Below are positions 43,921 to 52,351 of a DNA stretch of 64,000 nt, piece by piece. The position numbers and the translations under genes were made by a program. Positions within the stretch are counted from its first letter, which is position 1, and each line of letters begins with the position of its first letter. Source of the DNA: an uncultured Christensenella sp. (lineage in GTDB: Bacteria > Bacillota > Clostridia > Christensenellales > UBA1242); assembly GCA_949293905.1 (NCBI GenBank), contig CASFFG010000002.1:12153-76152 (forward strand), given 5' to 3'. The notes under the pieces were generated by a model. It was not told where the DNA came from and ran no database searches. It saw only the letters and a program-made list of their open reading frames with translations.

Positions 43921-43993
43921 ATGACCGCCCGTAAATCTTACTAATGCAGTTTTATACCTAAAACTGCGGTAAGAAAAGGGCGTGTCATTTTTT
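43921..43993. terminator. Long bidirectional terminator hairpin 3' of tRNA-Ser(GGA)
   Basis: Nested pairing runs ATGAC-CGCCC ... CTTAC ... GCAGTTTTA-TACC-TAAAACTGC ... GTAAG ... GGGCG-GTCAT. It is flanked by A7 (43914-43920) and T6 (43988-43993). Confidence 0.7.
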
Positions 43994-43994
43994 C

Positions 43995-44082
43995 TGGCGC
44001 AGAGAACAGGATTTGAACCTGCGGACGCTTTCACGTCACACGATTTCCAATCGTGCTCATTCGACCGCTCTGACATCTCTGC
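43995..44082 (-). tRNA. tRNA-Ser (anticodon GGA), CCA encoded
   Basis: Hand-folded. Acceptor is GCAGAGA/UCUCUGC, anticodon stem CACGA/UCGUG, loop UUGGAAA. It has a long variable arm and T-arm GCAGG-UUCAAAU-CCUGU. Confidence 0.93.
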
Positions 44083-44138
44083 TTATGCAATCGTATTGAC
44101 TGCATAATTTTACCATTTTATTTTATAATTGTCAATTA

Positions 44139-45461
44139 TTATTTTTTCTTTTCTATTTCTTCAAGCGTCACATTTGCTGAGTGCGTGATAGGTTTCCACT
44201 CCACCTTTTTAAATAGTGCTGAAACGGCGATTGGAATATATGTGAACATAAATATAGGTAATGTAAATATATACAGAATTTTCTTCCAATTTGAAGTTTT
44301 AATTTTCTTCCATTCAGTTATTACAACTGTTAGCCCAATCACGAGCATTAGAATACCCAACAATCCAAATGACAACAGCAGTGACTCAATCGCGTACCAT
44401 GCTGTACCAAATTCACCGATACATAGTGCAATAATTGAACAGATAGGCAAAACCATTAATGTAACCATGGTTATAATCAATGCAGGGAAAATTGTGGTCA
44501 AAATATCCCAACAAGCGAAATTCTTAAACGAACCTTTAAGTAACTTTCTGCCATTTTTACCGAACACTTGATAAAAGCCCTTCGCCCAGCGCTCACGCTG
44601 ACGCCATGCTTGTTTGAAAGTTTCAGGTTGTTCGTCATATAACTCGGCAGTACTAACATAGGCTACCTTTCTACCGGTCAAGGCATATTCGGTAGAACAT
44701 TGGATATCCTCGGTAAGCATGAAGAAATTCCAGTTTCCATATTCTTTAACAACATTTGCACTAATTAAAAATCCCGTTCCTGAGATTGCACAAGATGAAT
44801 TTAAAATCATACGCGAATTATTTAAATGTCTTGCTTCATGCATGAACCAATAACCATAGCCTGCGCTTATCCAATTCTTGCCAATATTTTTAGAATTGCG
44901 ATATGAAGTAGCCATTTCATAGCCAGAATCGTACGCCTTATTCATCTCGGTTATAAAATTAGGTTTTATTACATTATCCGCATCTAGAACGATGTATGCT
45001 TCGGGAACTAGGCTAGCGAATTCAGGTTCGGTGTGAAGTTTTGTGAATAGATAGTTTAATGCATAACCCTTTCCCACTTGCTCTTTATTAAAACGCTCGA
45101 ATACAATACATCCTAAATCGCGACAAATTTGCGCGGTATTATCCGTACAATTATCTGCAATTACAAATATTTTTAACAACTCTTGCGGATAATCGCTAGC
45201 CTTAATACTATTTATTAAATTTGCTATAACTTTACTTTCGTTTCTAGCAGAAATTACAATACCATATTTATGTTTATTATAATTCGTGCCTTTGAATTTA
45301 AAGTGTTTAAAAAGCCCGATAATTATATAAATCGTTTGATGAAAATACATCAAGCAGAAAATCAAATTCATTATTTGAGTAAAATAATATATAAATCCGT
45401 ACATTGCGGACGGAATAGGAATATTTCCTTGATATCTTATTAAATCGAAAATTAATTGCAT
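44139..45461 (-). CDS. Processive family-2 glycosyltransferase (membrane-embedded synthase type)
   Basis: Start is ATG 45459-45461 after GAGGA. It has an N-terminal TM, then ISARNES, DNCTD, LDADN and the Q-R-E-R-W motif (QRERWAKG), then about four C-terminal TM helices. Confidence 0.85.
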   Translation of the reverse strand: MQLIFDLIRYQGNIPIPSAMYGFIYYFTQIMNLIFCLMYFHQTIYIIIGLFKHFKFKGTNYNKHKYGIVISARNESKVIANLINSIKASDYPQELLKIFVIADNCTDNTAQICRDLGCIVFERFNKEQVGKGYALNYLFTKLHTEPEFASLVPEAYIVLDADNVIKPNFITEMNKAYDSGYEMATSYRNSKNIGKNWISAGYGYWFMHEARHLNNSRMILNSSCAISGTGFLISANVVKEYGNWNFFMLTEDIQCSTEYALTGRKVAYVSTAELYDEQPETFKQAWRQRERWAKGFYQVFGKNGRKLLKGSFKNFACWDILTTIFPALIITMVTLMVLPICSIIALCIGEFGTAWYAIESLLLSFGLLGILMLVIGLTVVITEWKKIKTSNWKKILYIFTLPIFMFTYIPIAVSALFKKVEWKPITHSANVTLEEIEKKK

Positions 45462-45765
45462 ATTGTCCTCGCAACGATATCCTATCACATTTTTTATGAT
45501 TTGTAAATACTTTTTTTAAAAAATGTGGATAAAATATCAATTTTTGCCGAAAGGATAACAAAGTTAAAAACACAAACTATAAGTTGGATATATCTTAATA
45601 ATTAAAAACTACAATGAAATGATATGTATAAAAATAAGATTTTAGATAAAGGATATAAAACCATTAATAATATGCATTATAAATTGGCATTATAATAATG
45701 ATAAAATTTTATTTGTTAATTATATAAAAAATCGTGCCCTAATTGGACACGAATTTTTTAGTTCT

Positions 45766-46272
45766 CTACTTTCTTACTGCTAAGAAACCAGTAACAGAAC
45801 CAACTATGCCGAATATCGTCATACAGATTGGTCCAGCATCTACTGATCTAGTAGTAGCCAAGCCTAGTATTGTGTCATCATTGACCTTGTTAACGCCAAC
45901 ATACATCAAGATGATGAATACAATAGCAACAACGAGCGTCAACACAGCCAACACCATACCGCACAAATCTATGATCTTATTACCTCTAATGAATAATTTT
46001 AATAGAGTAACTACGGCAAGTAATGCGATTAAAACTAGCAAAATAATCATGAATACTTTCGCAACTCTCCATGTTCCGTATGCATCGATAGAAGTTTCAC
46101 TGATTATATCAAACCAGTCTTGCATGCCATATTCCACTTCCGTACCAAGAGTATTACCCGTTGACTTAATGAAAGTGAAAGTCATTGATACGAATGTCAT
46201 GACAGCCATAAGGACAGTAGCCACAACCATAATGAGACTCATTAGATTTAATTTCTTAGATTTTTTCGCCAT
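45766..46272 (-). CDS. Membrane protein (about 4 TM), function unknown
   Basis: 168 aa with a strong Shine-Dalgarno AAAGGGAGGA and an upstream promoter. The fully overlapping plus-strand ORF 45743..46291 has no such signals. Confidence 0.6.
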   Translation of the reverse strand: MAKKSKKLNLMSLIMVVATVLMAVMTFVSMTFTFIKSTGNTLGTEVEYGMQDWFDIISETSIDAYGTWRVAKVFMIILLVLIALLAVVTLLKLFIRGNKIIDLCGMVLAVLTLVVAIVFIILMYVGVNKVNDDTILGLATTRSVDAGPICMTIFGIVGSVTGFLAVRK

Positions 46273-46295
46273 AAATCCTCCCTTTTGCTAGTTTT

Positions 46296-46325
46296 ATTTT
46301 AGTATATTTTATTAGTCCATGTCAA
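46296..46325 (-). promoter_or_regulatory. Candidate promoter of the 45766..46272 gene
   Basis: Minus-strand reading is TTGACA (46320-46325), an 18-nt spacer, then TAAAAT (46296-46301). Confidence 0.5.
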
Positions 46326-46433
46326 ACAAAATGCAAAAAAAATTTAAAATATTTTGATTAATCTTCCATAAACATTACGCTCACAATATCAATCTATTTT
46401 TCGCCAATGTGAGTGAGCATTTTTACTCCTAAG

Positions 46434-46457
46434 TTTGACACTAAATTTGACACTAAA
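46434..46457. repeat. Perfect tandem 12-bp direct repeat TTTGACACTAAA x2
   Basis: Copies at 46434-46445 and 46446-46457, between the tRNA-Asn terminator and an AGGAG-preceded 8-codon mini-ORF. Confidence 0.85.
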
Positions 46458-46471
46458 TTTTCATAAAAAAA

Positions 46472-46508
46472 TAAAAAGCAGTAGTGCCAGATAATAAGTA
46501 ACACTACT
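46472..46508 (-). terminator. Rho-independent terminator of tRNA-Asn
   Basis: Stem AGTAGTG (46480-46486) / CACTACT (46502-46508) with a T-run on the minus strand. Confidence 0.6.
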
Positions 46509-46522
46509 ATATCTTGTGTTTA

Positions 46523-46597
46523 TGGCGCCCCGAGTAGGGCTCGAACCTACAACCTATCGGTTAACAGCCGAGTGCTCCACCATTGAGCTATCGAGGC
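46523..46597 (-). tRNA. tRNA-Asn (anticodon GUU), CCA encoded
   Basis: Hand-folded. Acceptor is GCCUCGA/UCGGGGC, D-loop AGCUCAAUGGUGGAGC, anticodon loop CUGUUAA, T-arm GUAGG-UUCGAGC-CCUAC. Confidence 0.93.
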
Positions 46598-46612
46598 ATC
46601 TAAACGAAATAT

Positions 46613-46641
46613 ATTTTAACTTATGCTTTGAGGATTGTCAA
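46613..46641 (-). promoter_or_regulatory. Promoter of tRNA-Asn
   Basis: Minus-strand reading is TTGACA (46636-46641), a 17-nt spacer, then TAAAAT (46613-46618), about 15 nt upstream of the tRNA 5' end. Confidence 0.6.
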
Positions 46642-46862
46642 GTGTTTTTATATAAATTTTTATTAAAATTTACATTTATAAGAAATTATTAGATTTTACT
46701 TGTAAAAATTTAAAGAACTATTAATTATTAAATAATTGCTAAGTTTAGAAATAGTTATATAATCCTATTATTCTTCTAATATATCAAATTGTACTACTAT
46801 CGCTAGGATTTTACTAGTTGATATTTTAATTAGAAGTGTCAGTTCATTATTTTATCTTATGA

Positions 46863-46911
46863 CAAACAAAAAGAGTGCATATGGCCCATGATTAATGAAA
46901 TGCCTGCACTC
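46863..46911 (-). terminator. Probable terminator of the LtaS-family gene
   Basis: Stem GAGTGCA (46873-46879) / TGCACTC (46905-46911) with a long 25-nt loop and a T-run on the minus strand. Confidence 0.45.
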
Positions 46912-46915
46912 ATTT

Positions 46916-49123
46916 TTACCTATTTGTCAACTGGTTATACAAACTATATTTGTTTAAGAAATTTAAATAGTTCATCTTTTGAAGGACATTATATGCTTCC
47001 GTTCTAAATGTTTCAGTCAAAAGTGTTTTATTTTCCTCACTAATATCGTCTTGAACATAACTGAACTCACTCAAATCGTACGAGTAAATATCCTTACTAA
47101 ATATTCCGCCCGTATGCGAATAATATACTACCATATCTCGCATTTCTGTCCCATCATAATAAACATAGTCCGCAGGTCTAAACAGCGAATGACCGACGTA
47201 TAGATTTTCGTTAAACTTTATACCTAACAAATCAAATAGAGTTGGAATAATATCGTAGGCAGAAGAAAATCTATCATTTACAACATAAGTATTTTCTCCA
47301 TAACTATCCCTTAATCCCGGGCTAGATATAATTAACGGAATAGTATTAACTTCAATATCTTCTAACCCGCTCTCATTTATTCCGCGCTTAAATCTGTTAG
47401 ATAAATTGTCATAATACGAATAGTGGTCTGAGAATAAGACTATTGTGGTATTGTCGTATAAGTTCTCGCCAGTTGAATAATATGTATTTTTCAGTTTCTC
47501 GACAATCGCTCCTATTGCTCTATCCAATCCTACCGCTCCACATTCATAATATACTAGTTCATTAACTAATTCAGGATCGCTCTCTAAATAGTTATTTAGA
47601 ATATTTGTATACCATTCTGTATAATAATTGGCGTCATTTCTCTTACTTTCATCATCAAGAACATAATACCCATCGTCATTTAATACGCAATCGTCTTCAC
47701 CATACATCACATAATCATAATATTTAAGTGCATCTTTGTCGTTCTCATTATCACCTGCCGTATAAGCACCATGCGAAGACACATTTAGATAAAACGAATA
47801 GAAAGGTTGTTCTTCGTATGTTTCTGGAACAATATAGCGCATGGCGTAATTAACAAACTCCGCTTCTTCCGCCCAATTATTCCATTTTAAGTCATCGCCG
47901 GTATAGATTTTATCCCCATTTTCGTCAGTTAGATTATCTTTCCCTATAACATTATCAAAGCCTAAATTTCCATGAGTTTCACTGCGACTATAAAATGAAA
48001 TTTCGTTAGAATGAACATAACTCGTAGTGTATCCGCTTTCGCTTAAAATTTTAGGGATAGAATAACCTAGCGTATTCCTGCTCTCGTCGTAATTCCCACC
48101 AACTAAATTTGTTAGCGATTCACCTATAGGATACATTCCAGTAATTGCATAACTTTCCGAAATATTTGTTTTTGACTTTGCAAAGAAGTTAGTATTAATA
48201 AGTCCGCCATCATAAATCAACGAATAAATATTAGGTGTAAGTTCGCTAGACAAGTTTTTTATCTCACTATCATAGTTCCCATCACAGAATGCGAACCATT
48301 CAAGAGATTCCATCATTATAACTACAACATTATTCCCTTCGTCTATTCCAAATACTCCATTTGAGACTGTTTCTCCACTACCGTCGACATATGTACCATC
48401 ATAAATGTTACCACCATTGAAATAATTTATTGTCGCATTCGCAATCGTTTGGTCCTTGCCAGTCATAAGACTTAAAATTAAATTGGTCATATAACCATAA
48501 GTACCAAATTTTGCATAACTACTCTTTTTTAATAGTGTGGAATTCATTAAAAAAGCATCGCTAGTATAATAATCTGCCGAACCAATAGTTGATGTCGCGT
48601 TTACAGTATGCCTATTATAACTAATGATTGAGAGCGAAAAAACTTGAATAACTACTAACAAAATTACCATGAGCGCGGAATAATGTTGCTTAGCATCGAT
48701 TTTATTTTTCTTAATATAGTGCAAAATTAAACTACCAAGGATTACAATTATCGCATACAAGGTTATTAATGATAAAATTATTGACAAATAGATGAAATTT
48801 GTGGTTACCGCATTCGTTGCTTCGCCAATTAGATTCAACATATCGAAAGTAAATAAGTCGCCATATATAGTTATAAGCGAATAATTTGTGTAAATTAAAA
48901 TCACTTGAATACCTAGCACAATACAGTAAAGCACAAATTGCGCGGTATAGTTAGGAATAGCATAGATTAAAATCCCTATAAATATCATTATCGCTAGATT
49001 ATAGAAAAAATAGTCTGGCATTCCGCCTAAATCTAGGAGATAAAAAGTAACCGCTTCTAGAATAAGCGCGCTGACTATAAAATAGAAAAATAATAGGAAT
49101 TTATTTGCTACTATTTTTAGCAT
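46916..49123 (-). CDS. LTA-synthase-family sulfatase/phosphoglycerol transferase (LtaS-like)
   Basis: 735 aa with about five N-terminal TM helices, then an extracellular alkaline-phosphatase-superfamily domain (VVVIMMESLEWF ..., FSDH). Confidence 0.85.
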   Translation of the reverse strand: MLKIVANKFLLFFYFIVSALILEAVTFYLLDLGGMPDYFFYNLAIMIFIGILIYAIPNYTAQFVLYCIVLGIQVILIYTNYSLITIYGDLFTFDMLNLIGEATNAVTTNFIYLSIILSLITLYAIIVILGSLILHYIKKNKIDAKQHYSALMVILLVVIQVFSLSIISYNRHTVNATSTIGSADYYTSDAFLMNSTLLKKSSYAKFGTYGYMTNLILSLMTGKDQTIANATINYFNGGNIYDGTYVDGSGETVSNGVFGIDEGNNVVVIMMESLEWFAFCDGNYDSEIKNLSSELTPNIYSLIYDGGLINTNFFAKSKTNISESYAITGMYPIGESLTNLVGGNYDESRNTLGYSIPKILSESGYTTSYVHSNEISFYSRSETHGNLGFDNVIGKDNLTDENGDKIYTGDDLKWNNWAEEAEFVNYAMRYIVPETYEEQPFYSFYLNVSSHGAYTAGDNENDKDALKYYDYVMYGEDDCVLNDDGYYVLDDESKRNDANYYTEWYTNILNNYLESDPELVNELVYYECGAVGLDRAIGAIVEKLKNTYYSTGENLYDNTTIVLFSDHYSYYDNLSNRFKRGINESGLEDIEVNTIPLIISSPGLRDSYGENTYVVNDRFSSAYDIIPTLFDLLGIKFNENLYVGHSLFRPADYVYYDGTEMRDMVVYYSHTGGIFSKDIYSYDLSEFSYVQDDISEENKTLLTETFRTEAYNVLQKMNYLNFLNKYSLYNQLTNR

Positions 49124-49183
49124 AATTTCATTATATCACCCTGAAATTTTATTGTCAAGATTTCTTGAATACTCGCCAAATAG

Positions 49184-49212
49184 TTGACTAAAATCAAAAA
49201 CAATTATATAAT
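49184..49212 (+). promoter_or_regulatory. Promoter of the DUF1858-like gene
   Basis: TTGACT (49184-49189), a 17-nt spacer, then TATAAT (49207-49212). Confidence 0.6.
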
Positions 49213-49253
49213 AAGGGGCATGTAAAATTATTATTTGCAAAAAAGGAGTTATT

Positions 49254-49439
49254 ATGAAATTTAAAGCAGACGATTTAATTAGTTTTGTACTTCAAAATCA
49301 CAAAGATGCTGAAAAAATATTGACCGAATTTGGTTTCCATTGTATATATTGTCCCGCCGCTCAAGGAGAGACGATAGAAGAAGCGTGTTATGTCCACCAA
49401 GTAGATGTAAACGAACTTTTAAAAGCACTAAATAAATAG
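49254..49439 (+). CDS. DUF1858 / hybrid-cluster-protein-associated redox disulfide protein
   Basis: 61 aa. ILTEFGFHCIYCPAAQGETIEEAC is the CxxC-containing signature of this small family. Confidence 0.7.
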   Translation: MKFKADDLISFVLQNHKDAEKILTEFGFHCIYCPAAQGETIEEACYVHQVDVNELLKALNK

Positions 49440-49448
49440 TGCTTTTTT
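49424..49448 (+). terminator. Rho-independent terminator
   Basis: Stem AGCACTA (49424-49430) / TAGTGCT (49437-49443), followed by T6. It overlaps the stop codon. Confidence 0.7.
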
Positions 49449-49621
49449 ATATAATTATTCTAAGTTAATTTATTTAAAAAGAATTTATATCTTATTTTAA
49501 TTAAAAATATGTAATATTAATTATTTTTTATTAATAATTTATCATAATTAATTTTTCCCCACATGAATTTATGGACCCTTATATCTTAATTCTAAGGTCA
49601 GTATTGAAATAAAATTTTTAA

Positions 49622-49652
49622 TATAAAAGAAGCGAACTTAAAGTTCACTTCT
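49622..49652 (-). terminator. Rho-independent terminator of the AT-hook protein gene
   Basis: An 11-bp stem AGAAGCGAACT (49628-49638) / AGTTCACTTCT (49642-49652). Its one non-Watson-Crick position is G-U on the minus strand. A T-rich tail follows on the minus strand. Confidence 0.6.
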
Positions 49653-49660
49653 AAAATTTT

Positions 49661-52042
49661 TTATTCCTTAGGGGTTCTACGCGAGATACGAGATTTCTTC
49701 TCTAACTCCTTAGTCGTTTCCGCAATTTTAGCGTTTTCTTCTGCTATTTGCGCGTCTAGTTCTTTTAAGAAATTCTCTAAATCTTCTTCCGTATTAGCAG
49801 TTGGAGCAGTGACTGTTGCATCGTTTGCTACACTGTTTGGAGTTGCATTTATTGTCTTATTTGAAGCTTCGGTCTCAGTGTTTCCACTAATTTTCTTAGG
49901 TCTACCTCTTCGTTTAGATTCACTAGTAGGAATAACCTTTTCTTCTGCGTTCTTTTTCGGTCTGCCTGCTTTCTTTTTAGGTTTAGTCTCGGTAGGGGTA
50001 TCATTAGTTTGAGTGGCAGGTCCCACAACTTTTCTTGGTCTACCAGGTTTACGCTTTGGAGTCTCGGCAACACTACCTGTTGTGTCAGCCTTATCTTCAA
50101 CTATTTTCCTAGGTCTACCCGGCTTTTTCTTTGGTGTGCTAACTTGTGCGCTCTCGGTCTTTCTAGGTCTACCCGGACGTCTTGGTTCAGTAGTGGTTTC
50201 TTCCGTCTTAACTTTTTTAGGTCTTCCCACTGGGCGAGAAGGTTTTACCACCTTTTCCTTTCTCGGTCTACCCGGTCTTTTCTTTGGAGTTGTGCTTTCA
50301 TTTTGGACGGTGACGAATGGTTCTTGTCCTACCGAATTTTCCCCTTCTTCGATAGGTTCATTATATGATTCAACTTGATTTGTAGTTTCGGTCGGCTCGT
50401 CGTCTAAATAATTAAATGTAAATCCTTGCTCTACCGCATTCCCCGCCTGTGTAACTGGTTCGATAGGCGCATTGGCTATAGAAGCATCTTCACTAGGTTG
50501 AGTCATGGCAGGCTCAGCAGGGTAATTGTTATATACCGGCTGATTGCTAAAATTCTTGTTAGAAACATTTGGTACATTCTGCTCGTTGTTAGTGTTGGCC
50601 GTTTGATTCACAACCTTATCATAACGCTCACTCATTTCACGAGTAATGCTATCTTCCTCGTTTTCCTTGTTTAATGCTTCCAACTCTTCTTCTGTTGGTT
50701 CAGGCTGTGGTGGAGTTATGCCGTTATTTTGAAGCGCATTCTCTAATTGAGAAACTCTATCTTCAAGCGTCTTAACTTTCTTATTATGAGAGGCTTCTGC
50801 TTGTTTAATCGCAGCATCAAACACCTTATCACTATATGTATTGAACTCGCTCATCATGCCTTTTTCAAGTTTGGTTCTAACTTCCTTGATTTCATTTTCA
50901 ATAGCAGTGAGTTCTTCTTGATAGTTCTCTAAAATCTTTTTATGCCTGTCCGTTGCAGTATCGTAATCTCGCTCTAAGTTACGCTGTCTGTCCAACTCTT
51001 GTTGTTGCTGTTTCTTTAAATAGTTCGCTTCAATCGCGCTGGACGCTTCATCTAATTGTGCTTTAAAGTTTTCAAACGACTCTTTACTAACCTGCATTTG
51101 ACGCTGATATTCCTTGGTCGTTTCACGGAACGAGAGTTCTTCTTGCGATATGTCATTATTAATTTGTTCCATATCTTGCATATACTTTTTACGCTCGGCG
51201 ATATAACTTTCCGCCTCCTGCATGGCGCGTTCTAGTACGAGTGAACTTTCAACTCCCGCTTCGTCAAAGTTGAATTTTTCATGCTCTACATTGCGAAGTC
51301 GAGCACGCTCTAATTCTTTCTTCTCTTCTTCCGCTCTGCGTTGCAAATACGAATAAAGAATAGGAATACCTTTTCTAATCTCGTTTTTATCGAACAATAC
51401 TTCATAGTCAACATAGTCAGGTAGAGTTTGTGTCGCCTTATCCATATTCACTTCAAAATATTGATAATTTTGATGCAGGTCACTAACTACCGCGTTGTGC
51501 CTTAAATCTAGGAAGATTGTAACTATATAATTTAACACCAAAATAAATATAGGACAAAGTAATGTTTGCTGTAAAACTGAAACTAGATCCACAACCATAA
51601 TAGAATAAAGGTTAAATAAGAAACTAAGGATCGCTAATATGTATGAGATGATGTTCATTGTCGTTATATCGCGTTTAAAGGTACTATTTTTAAGTGGGGA
51701 AGAAACGCAAATTTCAAACGACATGTAGTGGCTAGCAGGGTGCTCACGATAAAGTACGAATTGTTGCCACTGCTTCCTAAGTTGTTTAGGAACCTTTCTA
51801 CTCTTCATTTTATTATTAAATGGAACTAGATTTTCTTCCGTGATTTGTGGATTATTAATAAAATAATTGTTAAACATATCCACAGCCTTAATTAGTTTCA
51901 CTTCATACGCATTTGAAGTCGAAATAATCGTAACTATAATTACAAACAAAAATATACCAACGAAAATTAAAAACGATTCGTTGAGTGTTAAGTATCCGTA
52001 TAATGAACTAAAAAATCTATCAATTTCATTAAATACGTTCAT
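49661..52042 (-). CDS. Membrane protein with cytoplasmic coiled coil, low-complexity linker and seven C-terminal AT-hook (GRP-core) motifs
   Basis: Start is ATG 52040-52042 after AAAGGGGAA. Three hydrophobic helices lie in the first ~200 aa. The E/K/Q-rich heptad region runs for roughly the next 280 aa (about residues 230-510). The AT-hooks are KKRPGRPRKEK, RPVGRPKKVK, RRPGRPRKTE, KKKPGRPRKIV, KRKPGRPRKVV, KKKAGRPKKNA and KRRGRPKKIS, encoded at 49883-50290. Confidence 0.75.
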   Translation of the reverse strand: MNVFNEIDRFFSSLYGYLTLNESFLIFVGIFLFVIIVTIISTSNAYEVKLIKAVDMFNNYFINNPQITEENLVPFNNKMKSRKVPKQLRKQWQQFVLYREHPASHYMSFEICVSSPLKNSTFKRDITTMNIISYILAILSFLFNLYSIMVVDLVSVLQQTLLCPIFILVLNYIVTIFLDLRHNAVVSDLHQNYQYFEVNMDKATQTLPDYVDYEVLFDKNEIRKGIPILYSYLQRRAEEEKKELERARLRNVEHEKFNFDEAGVESSLVLERAMQEAESYIAERKKYMQDMEQINNDISQEELSFRETTKEYQRQMQVSKESFENFKAQLDEASSAIEANYLKKQQQQELDRQRNLERDYDTATDRHKKILENYQEELTAIENEIKEVRTKLEKGMMSEFNTYSDKVFDAAIKQAEASHNKKVKTLEDRVSQLENALQNNGITPPQPEPTEEELEALNKENEEDSITREMSERYDKVVNQTANTNNEQNVPNVSNKNFSNQPVYNNYPAEPAMTQPSEDASIANAPIEPVTQAGNAVEQGFTFNYLDDEPTETTNQVESYNEPIEEGENSVGQEPFVTVQNESTTPKKRPGRPRKEKVVKPSRPVGRPKKVKTEETTTEPRRPGRPRKTESAQVSTPKKKPGRPRKIVEDKADTTGSVAETPKRKPGRPRKVVGPATQTNDTPTETKPKKKAGRPKKNAEEKVIPTSESKRRGRPKKISGNTETEASNKTINATPNSVANDATVTAPTANTEEDLENFLKELDAQIAEENAKIAETTKELEKKSRISRRTPKE

Positions 52043-52351
52043 AATAATTCCCCTTTTATCTATCCTAGTCGACAAATATTTACATAGTTATTATAACACA
52101 ATTAATAATTAATTACTAATAATTTTTAAATATTTTTTAAAAATTTTTAAATATTTTTTTATAAATCCTATTATGTTTTAATATAATATTTTTTATATTT
52201 TTTTAATTAATTAATTTAATTTTTTATGAATTTTAATTATTTTTTTGCATTTTTAACCTATTTTTAATGTAATTTTTAATTAATTTTTTCATTTGACATA
52301 TTTTAATTATTATTTTATAATTTTAAATGTATAATATTTTAGGAGAACATT

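Noticed and set aside
43876-44076. 66-aa minus-strand ORF.
   Set aside because: It is made of the tRNA-Ser(GGA) gene, its terminator hairpin and one hairpin unit read as codons.
45743-46291. 182-aa plus-strand ORF.
   Set aside because: It is a mirror-image ORF of the minus-strand membrane-protein gene. That gene has a strong Shine-Dalgarno (AAAGGGAGGA), a promoter and clean TM helices; the plus-strand frame has none of these.
49809-50378. Several 60-120-aa ORFs on both strands inside the AT-hook-encoding region.
   Set aside because: They are products of the repetitive GGTCTACCCGG-type DNA encoding the GRP repeats. All are nested in the long, Shine-Dalgarno-led 793-aa frame.
49661-52042. ZorA/MotA/ExbB-like identity for the AT-hook protein (3 TM plus a long coiled-coil tail).
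   Set aside because: No MotB/ZorB-like partner is adjacent. The TM helices lack the conserved stator residues I would expect. Only the gross architecture is similar.
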